This document shows positions 22,242 to 34,300 of a DNA stretch of 37,268 nucleotides, in pieces. The notes below the pieces were generated by a model. It saw only the letters and a list, made by a program, of their open reading frames with translations, was not told the origin of the DNA and did no database searches. Position 1 is the first letter of the stretch. Each line of letters begins with the position of its first letter. Origin of the DNA: Ramazzottius varieornatus (lineage: Eukaryota; Animalia; Tardigrada); contig BDGG01000007.1 in assembly GCA_001949185.1 (NCBI GenBank), positions 939,613 through 976,880 on the forward strand. The letters run 5' to 3'. Made by a program: the position numbers and the translations under genes.

Positions 22242-25200
22242 TTAGAATGTGTGCAGCTGCTTCGAAAAGTCAAACTGCTCTTTGTCGAGCTGAGTTTTCA
22301 CGAATGAAGCGTCCAGGTTAGTCCTTCCGAGAAGTGAACCGTATTTGGAATACAGCATAGCACTTCGATATAGACTGGGATGGACATGTATCTTCAGGCG
22401 TAGAAAAGAGTTTTCGTTGTCGTCGTCGATGTGCCACCATCTCTCTTGCGTGAGGCGTGCTACGTGCGATATCCTGCGCAAAAGAAGCCATCGGGCAACA
22501 GCGTGAGGAAACTTTCGAAGGCGATTTGTCTCACCTCATGTAGTAGGCTACCGCAAGGACAGCTCCAGCAACCATTGCAGTTCCTGCACCGGCGGCCAAG
22601 TGTTGAGTGAACTTGGAGGATTCGAGGCATAGTTCGCCACGAAGACCACAGACTGGAAGGTCGTCCGGTACTCCACTGGAGTTACCCCACATGGAGCACG
22701 TGTGTATAGCTTGCAGATGACGCTCCTGACTGTTGAAGGTGAAGATAGTCTGTAACAAGGACCACCTTATACGTGGGTACTTTCGTTATGCTACAAAGGC
22801 GCGTTTCTTGCCTATTGAACTAGGGGGGCCACTGAGGAGTACAGTCATAATTTTCACATCTACAATGCGCCGTAGGGACGATTACTGCAAGCTGAAGCCA
22901 GCCACTAGGTGGATTGCATTCGGTACAAGTATGCTTAATCACACTGTCGCACGACGCCTTGCCGTGCTGTAGAGTTCTTCCACGATAATCTCAGTCCCCT
23001 GTATTAAATTCAGATTTCACCGCCCTCTCCCGATTGAAAAGCACGTCCGTGTGACGTATTCTAGAAGTGAGAATCATCACTATACCGTCGAAATTTACGA
23101 CAGTTCATCGCTCCATTTTGACGTCTTTTAACAGCTGACCCGGCGGGTCGGCGGCTTCGGCCGTCAGAAACGTGTCAATCTGGTGTACAGTATGGCCCAA
23201 ATTTTATACAGCAAGAAACGCGCATGATGCTGCAACTGAGAACGGACGAACACGGAGTGGCTACCTCAAAGGAAAATTTCAGGCTGTCATAATACTGCAA
23301 GTCGACGAAGAGTACCCGGCTTCCGGAACTCGTTATTATGCCTTGTTGCAAGGGCAGATTGAATGTTCGGCCGGAGAATCTGTCCGCCAGAAGACGACCA
23401 CTCGTACACTGCGGCGCTGTTGGGTGCTCTCTACAACTTTCATTCAGGACCTTCGAAGAGTTAGACCTTGATATTTGTTAAATTGCGCGCAACTGTGATG
23501 AACAAAACAGACTCACGATCATGGTAGATTGTACGGCGTCGAAACTGTTCATCATGAACTCGTTGTACTACGGACACAAAAAGACATAAAATGACATTTG
23601 AAAGATGGGACGCGGTTCCACGAGTTACGGAGAACCATACCGAAAACATGTCGGCCGCAAAGCTGGAGTCAGAACGTTTGCGCTGCTTGATTAGTTGGAT
23701 ACTTGAAGCTGCATCGAGCCAAGGGAATGGAATAGTTCGGATCACGAGTACGTTCCGAAATAATTCGGTTGTATTCTGAAACAATTCTAGATTCCTAGCG
23801 GTGAACGAATTTCGGTCGTTAGGCGGTCAATGGTACCTCTGGGTTTTCTTTCATGTGATCCAAGTCGAAGTATCGTTCTTCCGGGACTTCTAATCCGAAC
23901 ACGAAGACAAATACCTAAAACCCAACTCAACAGGTCATGCTGCGAGTCTCAAAATTTTTGAGTATTAAACCAAGCCTGTGGGAACCAAAATGAGAACTGA
24001 AGATCCCACTGAGCCGAAGGTCAGGAATGATTATTACTTACATGGGTGGAGGTCATGTTGAGTTCTCTTGCCACATTCTGTGCAAACGAGCAACATATTG
24101 CAACATACAGTATTACCGTTACTGCTTCTTCTGGCTGACGCAAGAGTTAATCAAAACTTGAGACGACTTTGATAACTAGGTGTTTACCAGGAAGCGTTGG
24201 AAGGGGTGGACACTTGTGCAAAGCAATATGACTGAAATGATGTCCCATTGACTGACAGATTCGATACCAAGTACTCATAAGCAGGAAATGAGTCTTACTA
24301 CGAGAGTGAGTCTTTGCTGCAAGGAGGGGTTCGCTGAGATTGGCTTTGGGATCAGTGGAGTCCACATCGATTTGGAGGAAATGAAAATCTGCTGCGCGTT
24401 GGCGAAGAAGACCCAGAATAGGCATGCATTCTTGTTGTGTCCGGATATTCAGACCGCGCCGATCGCCCTTCTGGGAGTCAAAGATGACAGAGAGACGTCG
24501 CCACGAGTAGACGTCGAGCAGCGACAGAAAAGCTTTTCCCAGGAGGACAGACTCGGTGGCGCCATATCGGATTGTATTAGTGTACCGCTTTGCATCCAAC
24601 CATTGTTCGTTAAGTGGACCACTAAATCCGAACGTCATGGATTTATTTACTTTACATGCGTTTGGACGGGTTTACCGGCAAGTATTCCAGCTGAGCGGTT
24701 TTTATGGCGCATGGTTTTCATACAGTAGAACCTCCGCTACTTTACATACGTCACTAGCCGCTTTTGTGGAGCGATTATTACGTCACAAGGGTGATTTCTG
24801 GCCGTGACATTTGAGAACATCGGTTACGCGCATTCTCTCGTCTCTCTCTTGCTTTTCGGTGATAAAGCAAGTTTCTGCGATCTTTTGGACACCACACATG
24901 AGCAGAAATGACACGACTAAAATGCGAAATATCGTCTTTGTGCAGACTGTCGGTGAAGTACTGACGTCACGGCTAGAAATCATCCTTTTGACGTAATAAT
25001 CGCTCTACAAAAGCGGCTAGTGACGTATATAAAGCAGCAGAGATGCTACTGTACTGTAAATATTCTTTGCGCCTACGTCATCGTCTTGTCAAGTACAGTT
25101 CAGGTCCGGTTTCGCTGTCGGCGCAACCCCCACGGAGTGAGTCGCCACCTCCATGTACGTGCTGCGCGGAAGCAGCGAATATTGAATATTTTGCACTACT

Positions 25201-26350
25201 GCTTAATCTGTTTACTTGGAGCAGCAGCTTCTGCTGGTTCTCCTAGGTGTCGGTGAGGTACAATACAATAGGGTGAACGAGACGATCAAATTACGCACAC
25301 CCCCGAGGAGGTAACGGATGTGCTGTTGTGAGTTCACAGCTGTAACGCAAGCCTAACGGATGTTGCATGGTTTAATACGAAGCTTCCGTGAAGTGAATTC
25401 ACAAAGCGTTTCTATCGCGTGGTCGACGCGTCCAAAAGGACAAAATAGTTTCCGGCAGTTTAATTCCGGCAGAATTCGGTTGGCTGTGGCACTGCTCGGT
25501 GATCGATGACAAATGGTCGCGGTACACGGAAATCAGGAATTTTGCAAAACAGACCAGTAAGGAATCCTCATACCGAGAACAATATGTCCTGCTTTTAGCG
25601 CTCGAGCTGATGCTCTTCTGCTTGCAAGGTTGAACGCATACGTGCCTGGGCTGTTTGGAGCTTGAATATGTCTGGTAGTAGCGTGCTCAGCTGGAAGACG
25701 TTTTTATCTTCTGTAGACTAATGAATATACCTGAGAATCGCCAACCAGTCCATTTCTAGAGAGAAGACAGAAAGTTAACACGGATATACACCAGCAATCC
25801 GTTGCAGAGTAGATTGTATCACGCGACGCTTCCACCTGCTTACCTCTGGCAAAATCTCCCACCGGTGAAAAAGGGAAGGAACATCCTAAATAGTACAACA
25901 CAAACAAACAAAGTGAATAAACATAGAGTAATATTTCAGATAGCACCATGGCTGTTGACAAAGGTACGTCAGCAGATTAACAAAGGTGAGCATTTGATTA
26001 GCATGCCCTGCCAAAAGCGGTTTATTAAGCTCCGTCTTACCGGGAAAGTAGATGATGACAGGTCGGTTATCCACCAAGCGATGACGTTTGTAGAGGTCGA
26101 CCATGGGGATTAATGCGAGCGACAGGGCATCTTCATCGCAAAAGCTGGTGGAGTTGATCAGCTCGTAGTTGGTCCACGTGTAATCCAGCTGATACTTCTG
26201 CTTTCCCTGCTCGAAAGCTACATCGAATGCAGGTGTCAGGGCTTCGTAGCCCAGACTTCCTCCTCGGTATAAAATGGTTACAAAATGCACGGCACGAACA
26301 AAATATTCCTGGGAAAGGACGACATAGCCCACAAACTGCCAATACTCCAT
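22242..26350 (-). CDS. Natriuretic-peptide-receptor / receptor guanylyl cyclase-like single-pass protein (ANF-receptor-type ectodomain, TM, short tail), ~558 aa
   Basis: 12 phase-compatible GT-AG exons: 26350-26041, 25885-25844, 25755-25731, 24621-24299, 24231-24188, 24077-24042, 23914-23837, 23775-23641, 23567-23517, 23450-23265, 22749-22535, 22473-22242. Motifs: PAFDVA, FPGCS..VGDFARE, KRYTNTIRYG, YSWRRLSVIFD, SRIILLC, ARELNMT, VLNE..SGRLLADRFSGRTF, juxtamembrane W..SGVPDDLPVCGLRGELC, TM, WWHI. Confidence 0.82.
24723..25051. mobile_element. pogo/Tigger-type MITE (329 bp) in intron 3 of the receptor gene
   Basis: TA|CAGTAGAACCTCCGCTACTTTACATACGTCACTAGCCGCTTTTG..., 86-bp imperfect TIRs (24723-24808 and 24966-25051), TA flanks on both sides. 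Confidence 0.88.
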
Positions 26351-27889
26351 GCTGACCTCAGATTAACGACTGGGATCGTCTCTTTGGATCAATCGTCGCA
26401 GACTGCGCACTCATTCGATCTCGCACTGTATGATAGTAAAGATGTCTGAGTTTTCCACCATTTTATGCTCGGCACCGGTGCCGATGCGGGCATCAAATTT
26501 CACACGCTGTCCACTTATTTAAGAGCTCGAATGACCCATGATCCAAGTTGGAATACGTGGGCTACCAATAGAACTGCCGACAAAATTGTGTTCCCGCCTC
26601 TGGTTGTTCGCACACAAAAGACTATTCTGCAAGAAAATCTCACCGTGTAATGAAGTTACGTGCTGGTAAATATCATGGTCGGGATCCGGCTATTGAGGAC
26701 TTTACTGGACAGGAAGTCCCCGAAGCATATCCATCGGTGCGTAATTTATTCCCGGTAGATCGTTGTGACATTTCGCTCACAGCGTTCGCTTAGGGATTTC
26801 AAAACAAACTTTCCATTAACTTGTAGATGCATTAATGCGTATAGTGATAGCCGAAGGCGATAGACGAAGAAGACTTTTCGAGGTTGCGCGGAAAGAAATT
26901 GCTGTAAAAATAAAGGATTCAAGCTTCCTTGACATAACTCGCGATTTGCTACATAGTAGAGTCCAGTTCAGCGCGATTATTTTATAATTTCACGGGATCT
27001 GACTTGCGCGAGATTAATTACCACCGGGCCTGCGTATATCCCGTAATCGCCAAATCCCGTGACATGTACAAAAAAACCGGGAGCATGAAATGCCGCGGGA
27101 TCTTATCCGGCGCGGCATGCATGTCGAGCTCCGGAGAACCGGTCAAAAAGCCTGGAGGACCCTTCCAAAATTGTACGAAAATTGCAAGTGAACATGGCGT
27201 GGTTTCCTGAATATTGCAGTTGGTTAAGCTATGGAGCACCTCATGGGCGTCATACAAATACTTAACGACACTCTAGCCGGTACAGAATTATACCTTTGGG
27301 CAAAAGCACTAATGAGTTTTCTACAGTGCATAGTCATGTTAGAAATTGATGTTACTTGCACAATTTGAGCACGGCGACTGAGTAATGCGTACCGTCAGAC
27401 TGGTTCGGCACTAATCCAGAAAGCTAAATTGAGCAATCAATCATCCGAACCCCGTATCAGAAGCCCCACGGCGAAATAATCGAACGCGGAGTACTTACGT
27501 AGCACGAGAATCTCGGGGTGGCGTCTCAGGTAGACTGGGTCGCTTTGTCTGGACGGTAAAATTTTGACCAGTGACACATAAAGCGCAATAGGGTTCAGCG
27601 CTATGGACGTTTGCCATTCCATTCGGATCGTTTAGATTTGGTGCAACGGCCATCACGTAGCTACTTTTTCTAGAATACTATAGTACTCTAGGGCGTCGAT
27701 CGACCGAGTGTCTACGCTGAAAGCCTTTGCTGCAAGAGGTCTTCAGAATTCGAGAACGTCGCCGACCACATCTTCATTTTACAGAATTTTGCTTCGTTTT
27801 ATTCGGCAGACTGCTTTAACTCTTGCGTCTCCGAAGTGTGTCAGTTTGGCTTAGAAATTTTAGTTATTGGATGGGGCGAAACGAGCAGG

Positions 27890-28392
27890 ATATGGGTATC
27901 GGCGGCCCAATTTGCAGCCCGACGCTCTGCAGTCAAATTGTTCAGGAATAAACTATGAAGTTCTGGGACCCCAAGGGCAGAGTTAAACTGCTGATGCAAT
28001 CTGGTGTAACAGACTTCAAGAAAAACAGTACTGGGGTTCATTCGGCCGTCTGAGCAGTGGTCATGTGACTACGTCAGAAAAATCTGGAGGGGTTCGAAAT
28101 TTTGAATAAAAAAGTTCTGGCGTCACAGTGACGTCATAAAGCGTTAGAATGCGCATGCATCTGTTCGGACGCAAAACCCCATAAAGGGGTTATCTCAGCT
28201 GGTAATTAGCCCCGGAATTTTCGGGGAAATCTTGCCAAAGGGAGGAACAGTTATGTGTGACTTTGAGCCACGGCGAGATACGGTAAACTCACCAAGTTGT
28301 GCCCTTCGATGCCATCCATTACTTTCATGTCGAGAAAGGGTCGTTCGGAATCAAAAACGTTGGGATGCAAATTGGGCCGCCGATACCCATAT
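27890..28392 (+). mobile_element. ~500-bp MITE with 35-bp TIRs
   Basis: ATATGGGTATCGGCGGCCCAATTTGCAGCCCGACG (27890-27924) is inverted with 28358-28392 (33/35). The terminal ATAT or TA may be the TSD. A second copy lies at ~16291-16791. Confidence 0.85.
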
Positions 28393-29756
28393 GATGTTTG
28401 TTACTGTAGATCGAGACGAGCTCTCGCTGACCGACGATCGCGCAGAAAGCTCATTTCTCCCCTAAACTTTGCGCGTGTTCTCCAAAAAGCTGGATTGCCC
28501 TTGTCGCAGTGGCGTCCTTTCTAGGGGCATACGCAGGTAAGTCCGTCCAAGAAGCGAGCCGTACATTGAATAGAGCCTGGAACTGGCGTACAGTGATCCT
28601 GACCTTCCGGCCTTGTTTCTCGACGAAAGCGAAGATGGAAAACTTGGAAGACTTTTTTGTGGACCTGAAAGAGCTCATAAGTGTGGTTCGTGCTCCGGTC
28701 AACAGTTTGAGAAAGCCCCGTGGCATCACTAGTGACGGAAACGGTAACTTCCATCACCACTGGTGGTGGTAAACACTTCATCAGCTCCTTCGTCGACTAC
28801 ACCAGATCTCACATCATCTTCACAGGCTACTGCTTCGCCAAACATCCCCGTCTCGACATTCGTACCATCGCGAACAGGAACGACCTTTACCGCATGTAGT
28901 CTCACCTCGAGCCGACCGGGTCGAGTAACCCGGAATCGAATATTCATCGACCCCTCGTCCCGTTTCCACCCCCTTGTCCGGCCGATCGAAATCCAGTACA
29001 TATTTCTTTGATTTTGTCTTGAAGTCTGCCATGCATTCACCATACAGCGTGACAAGCCAGGGCCGAAATTACATAGCACATCCATTACACGTCGTTTTAC
29101 TGGTGGGATGGAGCAATCAACTCGTATCTCGACCGGCTGTGTCGGTATTGCGCGCAGTATCGTTAACGGTGCACGACTTGTTTATTTTGAAATCGGAAAA
29201 GCAGGTACTAGATTTCGAGCGACTGGATTGTAGCCGCCAAGGCCTGGATGCACCAAACAAATGCACCACACTGCAGACGATTCTGCGCCGTTCCACATCA
29301 TGTCCATATGTTCCATATATTCGTCGACCAGTTGAGCTTTTTAGACACATAAACATAGCACCGTAAACTCTAACGAATCGCACATGAAACTCAAGGACAC
29401 CATAGTCCCCGGGTTGCATAATACTTGTGGCGAACTTCTTTGCTTGCAAAGAGTGCTTAGCGCGGAAGGCTTATCGCATGTATCTAGCTGACTTTTGTTC
29501 GAAACTGTTGAAGCGTAAAAGTTGGTACATAAAAGTCTTTACTTATCTGGCACTTCTATCACATGTCACCGCGTCACGCACTTGGTCAGTTTGGGTAGCT
29601 TAATTACTGTCATGCAGATATTTTTGTTTTGATTACAGTATAACCTTCCTCAGCACATACCATACCAGTCAGTGTACCACTTGTGGCTTGCAACTTGACC
29701 ACCCTGTGTCCCGTAATATCCCTGTAACTATCTGCTCTAACTTCAAAGTGATTATA

Positions 29757-31379
29757 ATGGCAAATTCGAAGTCATTTGCAAACGATCTACCGGACCAGAT
29801 GGACAGACTGTAAATTGCATTTGTGATTCTCCTTTGCAACTTTCTTCGCAACATTGTTGTATTGTGTATTTTGTTGCATTTTGAAGGGTTCCGTACGGTC
29901 CCGCAAACGTGATGCTGCTGGAAGTCTTCAATCTTCCGGTTATGGAGCGTATCGCAAAACTCGAGTGCACAAAGGACGACATTATCCTCTGTACATTTCC
30001 CAAATCGGGTAAGGCCAGTGCTTTTTTATAACGAGAGTCTCAGCCGACCGCGAGTGAAAAGCGAAGGTATGGTTTCAGGAACCATTTGGGTGGAAGCTAT
30101 CGGTTCCTCGATTCTACGAGCGAAAGAAGGCCAGCCTATCGACGAGAGCGCCGCCGACGCGAGACGAGACTGGCTGTTCATCGACATTAGCTTTCGAATC
30201 CACGACGATAAATATCCCATCGATTTGGCGGAGGAGTTGCCACACCCTCGAATGCTGCGTACCCACATGTCTTACGAGCTGTTACCAGCTAGCGCCAGAG
30301 CTAACAAGACGAAGGTGAGCTCAAATTAAACCAGTCAACAGGTTTTATGTACAGTCCTACCTGTGAGATGTGACCATTGCTTCTTGTGCAACCGAACAGT
30401 GTTTCTGCACGAGACTGCTGGCCATGCACTGCGCAGCACGATCAGATGATCGAAGTCCGGTTATGGCTTGACTTGCTCAAGTAATCAAACGCGTGTCCGA
30501 TCAGCTGATCGGTCTCATGCGAACAGCATAACGAGCAGCCCCGTGTACACACTTACCGTCAGGAACAAATCGGGCGTTTGAACTGTCACATCTCACAGGT
30601 AGGACTGTACTAGAACGTTGTTAACATTTCCTGGTTCACAGCTTATCTTTGTGCACCGGAATATCAAAGATACCATCGTCTCTATGTTTTCCATGTATGG
30701 CAACATGAAAAACTTGTCGTGTGCCCACCCAGTGAAGTCCCTGGAGCATTTCGCCGAAGGGTTTATGCAAGACAAAGTCCACCACGCTCCGTACTTCCAC
30801 ATGTTTAAAAGCTACTGGGAACACCGTCATGAACCCAACGTCCACTATGTATCGTACGAGCAGTTGCACGAGGTAAGCTACAAAGCTTGTCGTTTATGAT
30901 GGAGTTTAGACCAGAATCTGCCCATCGTGTTTGTCGACCATCGTACACTTGGTTCAATATTCACCGATCGATTAAGTGATGCTTTGTTATCTGATCGCAG
31001 GACGCTCCAGCCGAGATCAAGCGTTTGGCGGACTTTATGGGCAAACCTTTGACAGAGCAACAGGCTCAGCAGATCGCGCATTACACCAGCTTCCAGAACA
31101 TGTCGAAGAACGACAAGCTGAATATGGAGAAATATCTGACCGTCAACGATCCGGTAACCGGCGAAGTCCTGTTCAAGTATATGCGTAAAGGTAGGTCACT
31201 TTTACAATATTCGAATATCTCTATCAAGTTACGTTAGACTGCAGAGTATTCTGTCTGCCTCCACAGGTAAGGTGGCAAACTGGAAGGAGCATTTTTCGGA
31301 GGAGATGAGCAAGAAACTGGATGATTGGATTGAAAGAGAATGTAGGAAATACGGACTGGACGCTTCCTTGTTCCAGTAG
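29757..31379 (+). CDS. Cytosolic sulfotransferase (Sulfotransfer_1 family), 314 aa
   Basis: join(29757-29809, 29887-30008, 30079-30314, 30642-30872, 31001-31190, 31267-31379), all phases compatible. Motifs: DDIILCTFPKSGTIW (5'-PSB), PRMLRTH (catalytic His), RNIKDTIVS (3'-PB), SYEQLHED, TSFQNM, YMRKGKVANWKEHF. Confidence 0.93.
30352..30607. mobile_element. Tc1/mariner/pogo-type MITE (256 bp) in sulfotransferase intron 3
   Basis: Perfect 23-bp TIRs CAGTCCTACCTGTGAGATGTGAC (30352-30374 and 30585-30607), with TA on both sides. Confidence 0.9.
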
Positions 31380-31387
31380 AGCGACTT

Positions 31388-34300
31388 TTATTCAGTTAAG
31401 TAGTTGTCCTTGTTGATATTTGAGCGGCGCTTACTCAGTCGATAATTGGGGTTCTTATACCGGACACTCACAGGCCGGCTTACGGGTGTTCCCTGCAACA
31501 AACACGTCAAGGGCTTTTCAGACGCTTTGTATCATTTCAAAATCAATGCCCCTTACCGTCTTTTGCCATTCCGCGCTTCGAACTTCTTCCTCGAACTGAC
31601 GAACTTGCTGCCGATCGTACAGGCTGACGGCGATTTTCCAACCGACGAGCAATAAAATCCCCATCAGAAGAATTGCACCAGCGAGTGGACCGGCAATGAT
31701 GTACGGATTAATTTTCTCCGGGCAGACTAAAGTTCGTCACAACTTCGCTTTTCGGTTTTGATTATATTGCAAAGCATATTGTCGCCTACCTTTCTTTTGG
31801 CCAACCATGACGCTGAGCTGAGGTTCTTCTTTAGACCCGACAACTTCCTGGTATGCGAATGAAATCAGGCAAAAATCACGGTCATCACGAACAGGTGGAC
31901 ACAATTTCCAGCCGGGTTTCTGTTCTGGGAAAACATCGCGCAATATGCTCAGTTATTCCTAAAACATCTACCGTAATGTCAGAGGAGCTTACTTGTATCC
32001 AGATTGTCTACCAGCAGCACAGATGTTTCAGCGTAGCGGCAGTCTTTGCTGCATGCTCCGCTGATGGCAGTAAAGTTGTTTCCTGAAGTCTCGTTTTTCT
32101 GGGACTCAAAAGCCGCACACTGCGCACACCTCGCGAGGAGATGGCAAGGTGGGGGACAGTTCAGGCACTGGCCACAAGTCGTTCCCCCGTACACCCTACT
32201 ACCCTTGGATCTTTCGCATTGGCAAACTCCGCAATCACACTCACCCTTCCCGTTACAAATCTCCTACAATAGAAGGCCACTACGGTGAAAAGTCCTGGCG
32301 AAATTACTGCATGCTTTCTGACTTGTCTCTTCATACGTTTGATGTGGGGTCGACGCAACTGCTTGTGGACAGCGGGCAGTCGCAGGTCTTTGCTGTCCAT
32401 CCCTCATCGCACTTACATTCCCCACAGTCACAGTTTCCGTGTCCGCCACAAAGCTGGCCTGTTTTGTCTTTGCCGCAACTGAAATTGTCGCACTCGCAGT
32501 AATGTCCAGTAATAGCTTCGTTGGGGTCCTGTGATCGGAATGTTAAACGTTACAGGAATTTTACTCTAGACGATGCTCGAGAATGGCTTTTTATGATACT
32601 TACATTTCGTTTGAAGCATTCGCATTTGCCGCAAACACAGTTTCCTCTTCCTGAGCAAACCATGTTCCAAGTCGAATTCGGCCTGCCAAAACCCTGATAA
32701 TGTTTTGCACGTGCACTCCTTAACGTAGACAAGTGAGAAGGCCGCTTCTTACATGATACAGGTGCCCTGGTCATCAACCTCTGAGAAACCTGCCGACTTC
32801 TGGCATTCGCAGTTTTTGCCCAGGCGGTTCTTCTCGCACAGGCAGATGCCACAATCTTTCTTGCCTTTGCCACTGCACGGTAGACTGATACCTTCTTCAG
32901 CGTTCTCGAGTGGTAGTGGGCAATCGCACTGGCATATCGGTTCCAGATCAATCACAACCTGGTCTTGCAGACCAATAGGTTGTATCTTGATAGTGTGATT
33001 CCTATTGCTGAATGTAGCGTTCGGACAAGACAGCAGCTCCAGCGTGACATTCCACGCCACTTCCGAACCAAATTTTAAGCCACGACAAACTGCAGTCTCC
33101 AGAGACACCTCTCCGAGGCAAAATGACGTGTAGTTCAGGCGCATATTTGGCAAGGTCGACAAATGAGACAAGGTAACTTCAGACGTAATTTTCTGGAACG
33201 CCGCATTTCGATGAGCTTGGATTTTGTCAGAAGCTGTTTGAACTCTAGCTGAGGTAAACTTACGTCATATTCATTTCGAACAATTTGGACGATGTTATCG
33301 GCTTGGTCCGACAACAGTCCCACGACAGATGTTTCCAGGAAGTGACTCAGTTTGGAATACAGCGGTTGTTGTTTGAGGGGAACCGCAAAGATCATGTTGA
33401 TTTTGTTCTTCCTTAGAAGACGTTTGAGCTGGAGTGCCGACGGATAATCCTGAAAACAGATCGACCATAGGCTACAATGCTCAACCGGATCCGACACTAA
33501 ACACACCTGATTTAGGGCTTCAATGTAGTCCCAGGTGTCGCTCTTGTCGTCATACTGCAGGTGGCACTTCCCATCATTAGGTACGACAATGCCGGCAAGC
33601 TTGCCATCGCTGGCGTGATGGTAGGCTGCGTCGGTGGAGAACACGATCAGCTTTCTCGAATGATTCCTCCAACCGATTTCTTCCTGCAAATTAATCGGGC
33701 ATCTGTCTTTGCAAATACATTGTAGAAAAACGGCATACAACAAGATCTCTTGTCGACACCATCCATCATTGTAACTTCCGGACTATATACTGTACCTTGC
33801 ACACAACAGCCTGCATCAGCGCATCTAGTCCGCCTTCAGCGTGGTCCAAGTTTCCCGAAAGTTTTGCATTTTTCACCAGACTCTAAAAACGGCAAAGTAC
33901 CCTTATCGCAACGTGCGACAACGGATGGACATGAGTTAGAATGTGGACGATACCTCGAAGCGAGCGGACTGTTCCAAGCCGTTAGCTAATGGCATCTGGT
34001 GCTTGAAGCTGTAGGTGACGACACAATCTGAACATGGAGGGCGTAGTCTGGAAACCGCGTAGTTTGAAAATGGATTGTCCATAATGATTGGATGGCAGGA
34101 GGTATTCACTACGACTACCTGTCAGTAGGGGCATCGGTGAACGGCATGGTAGGCTTATCCACGAAAGACCCGAAACCGAGGCGGAAATTCGACGTGATGT
34201 TGTGAAGCTCAGACGCTGAGAAAAACAAACGTCGGGCTCGGTTGGAGATTCGTGTCTTTTATCATAACCAAATAAGGTTGGAAAATACCCAAAGTCTTAC

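Noticed and set aside
6959-26350. Idea that the Cys-rich peptides, the GPCR and the NPR-like receptor form a linked ligand-receptor system
   Set aside because: Only proximity supports it. More than 11 kb of transposon-rich DNA separates the peptides from the receptors, and clustering rarely implies function in animal genomes.
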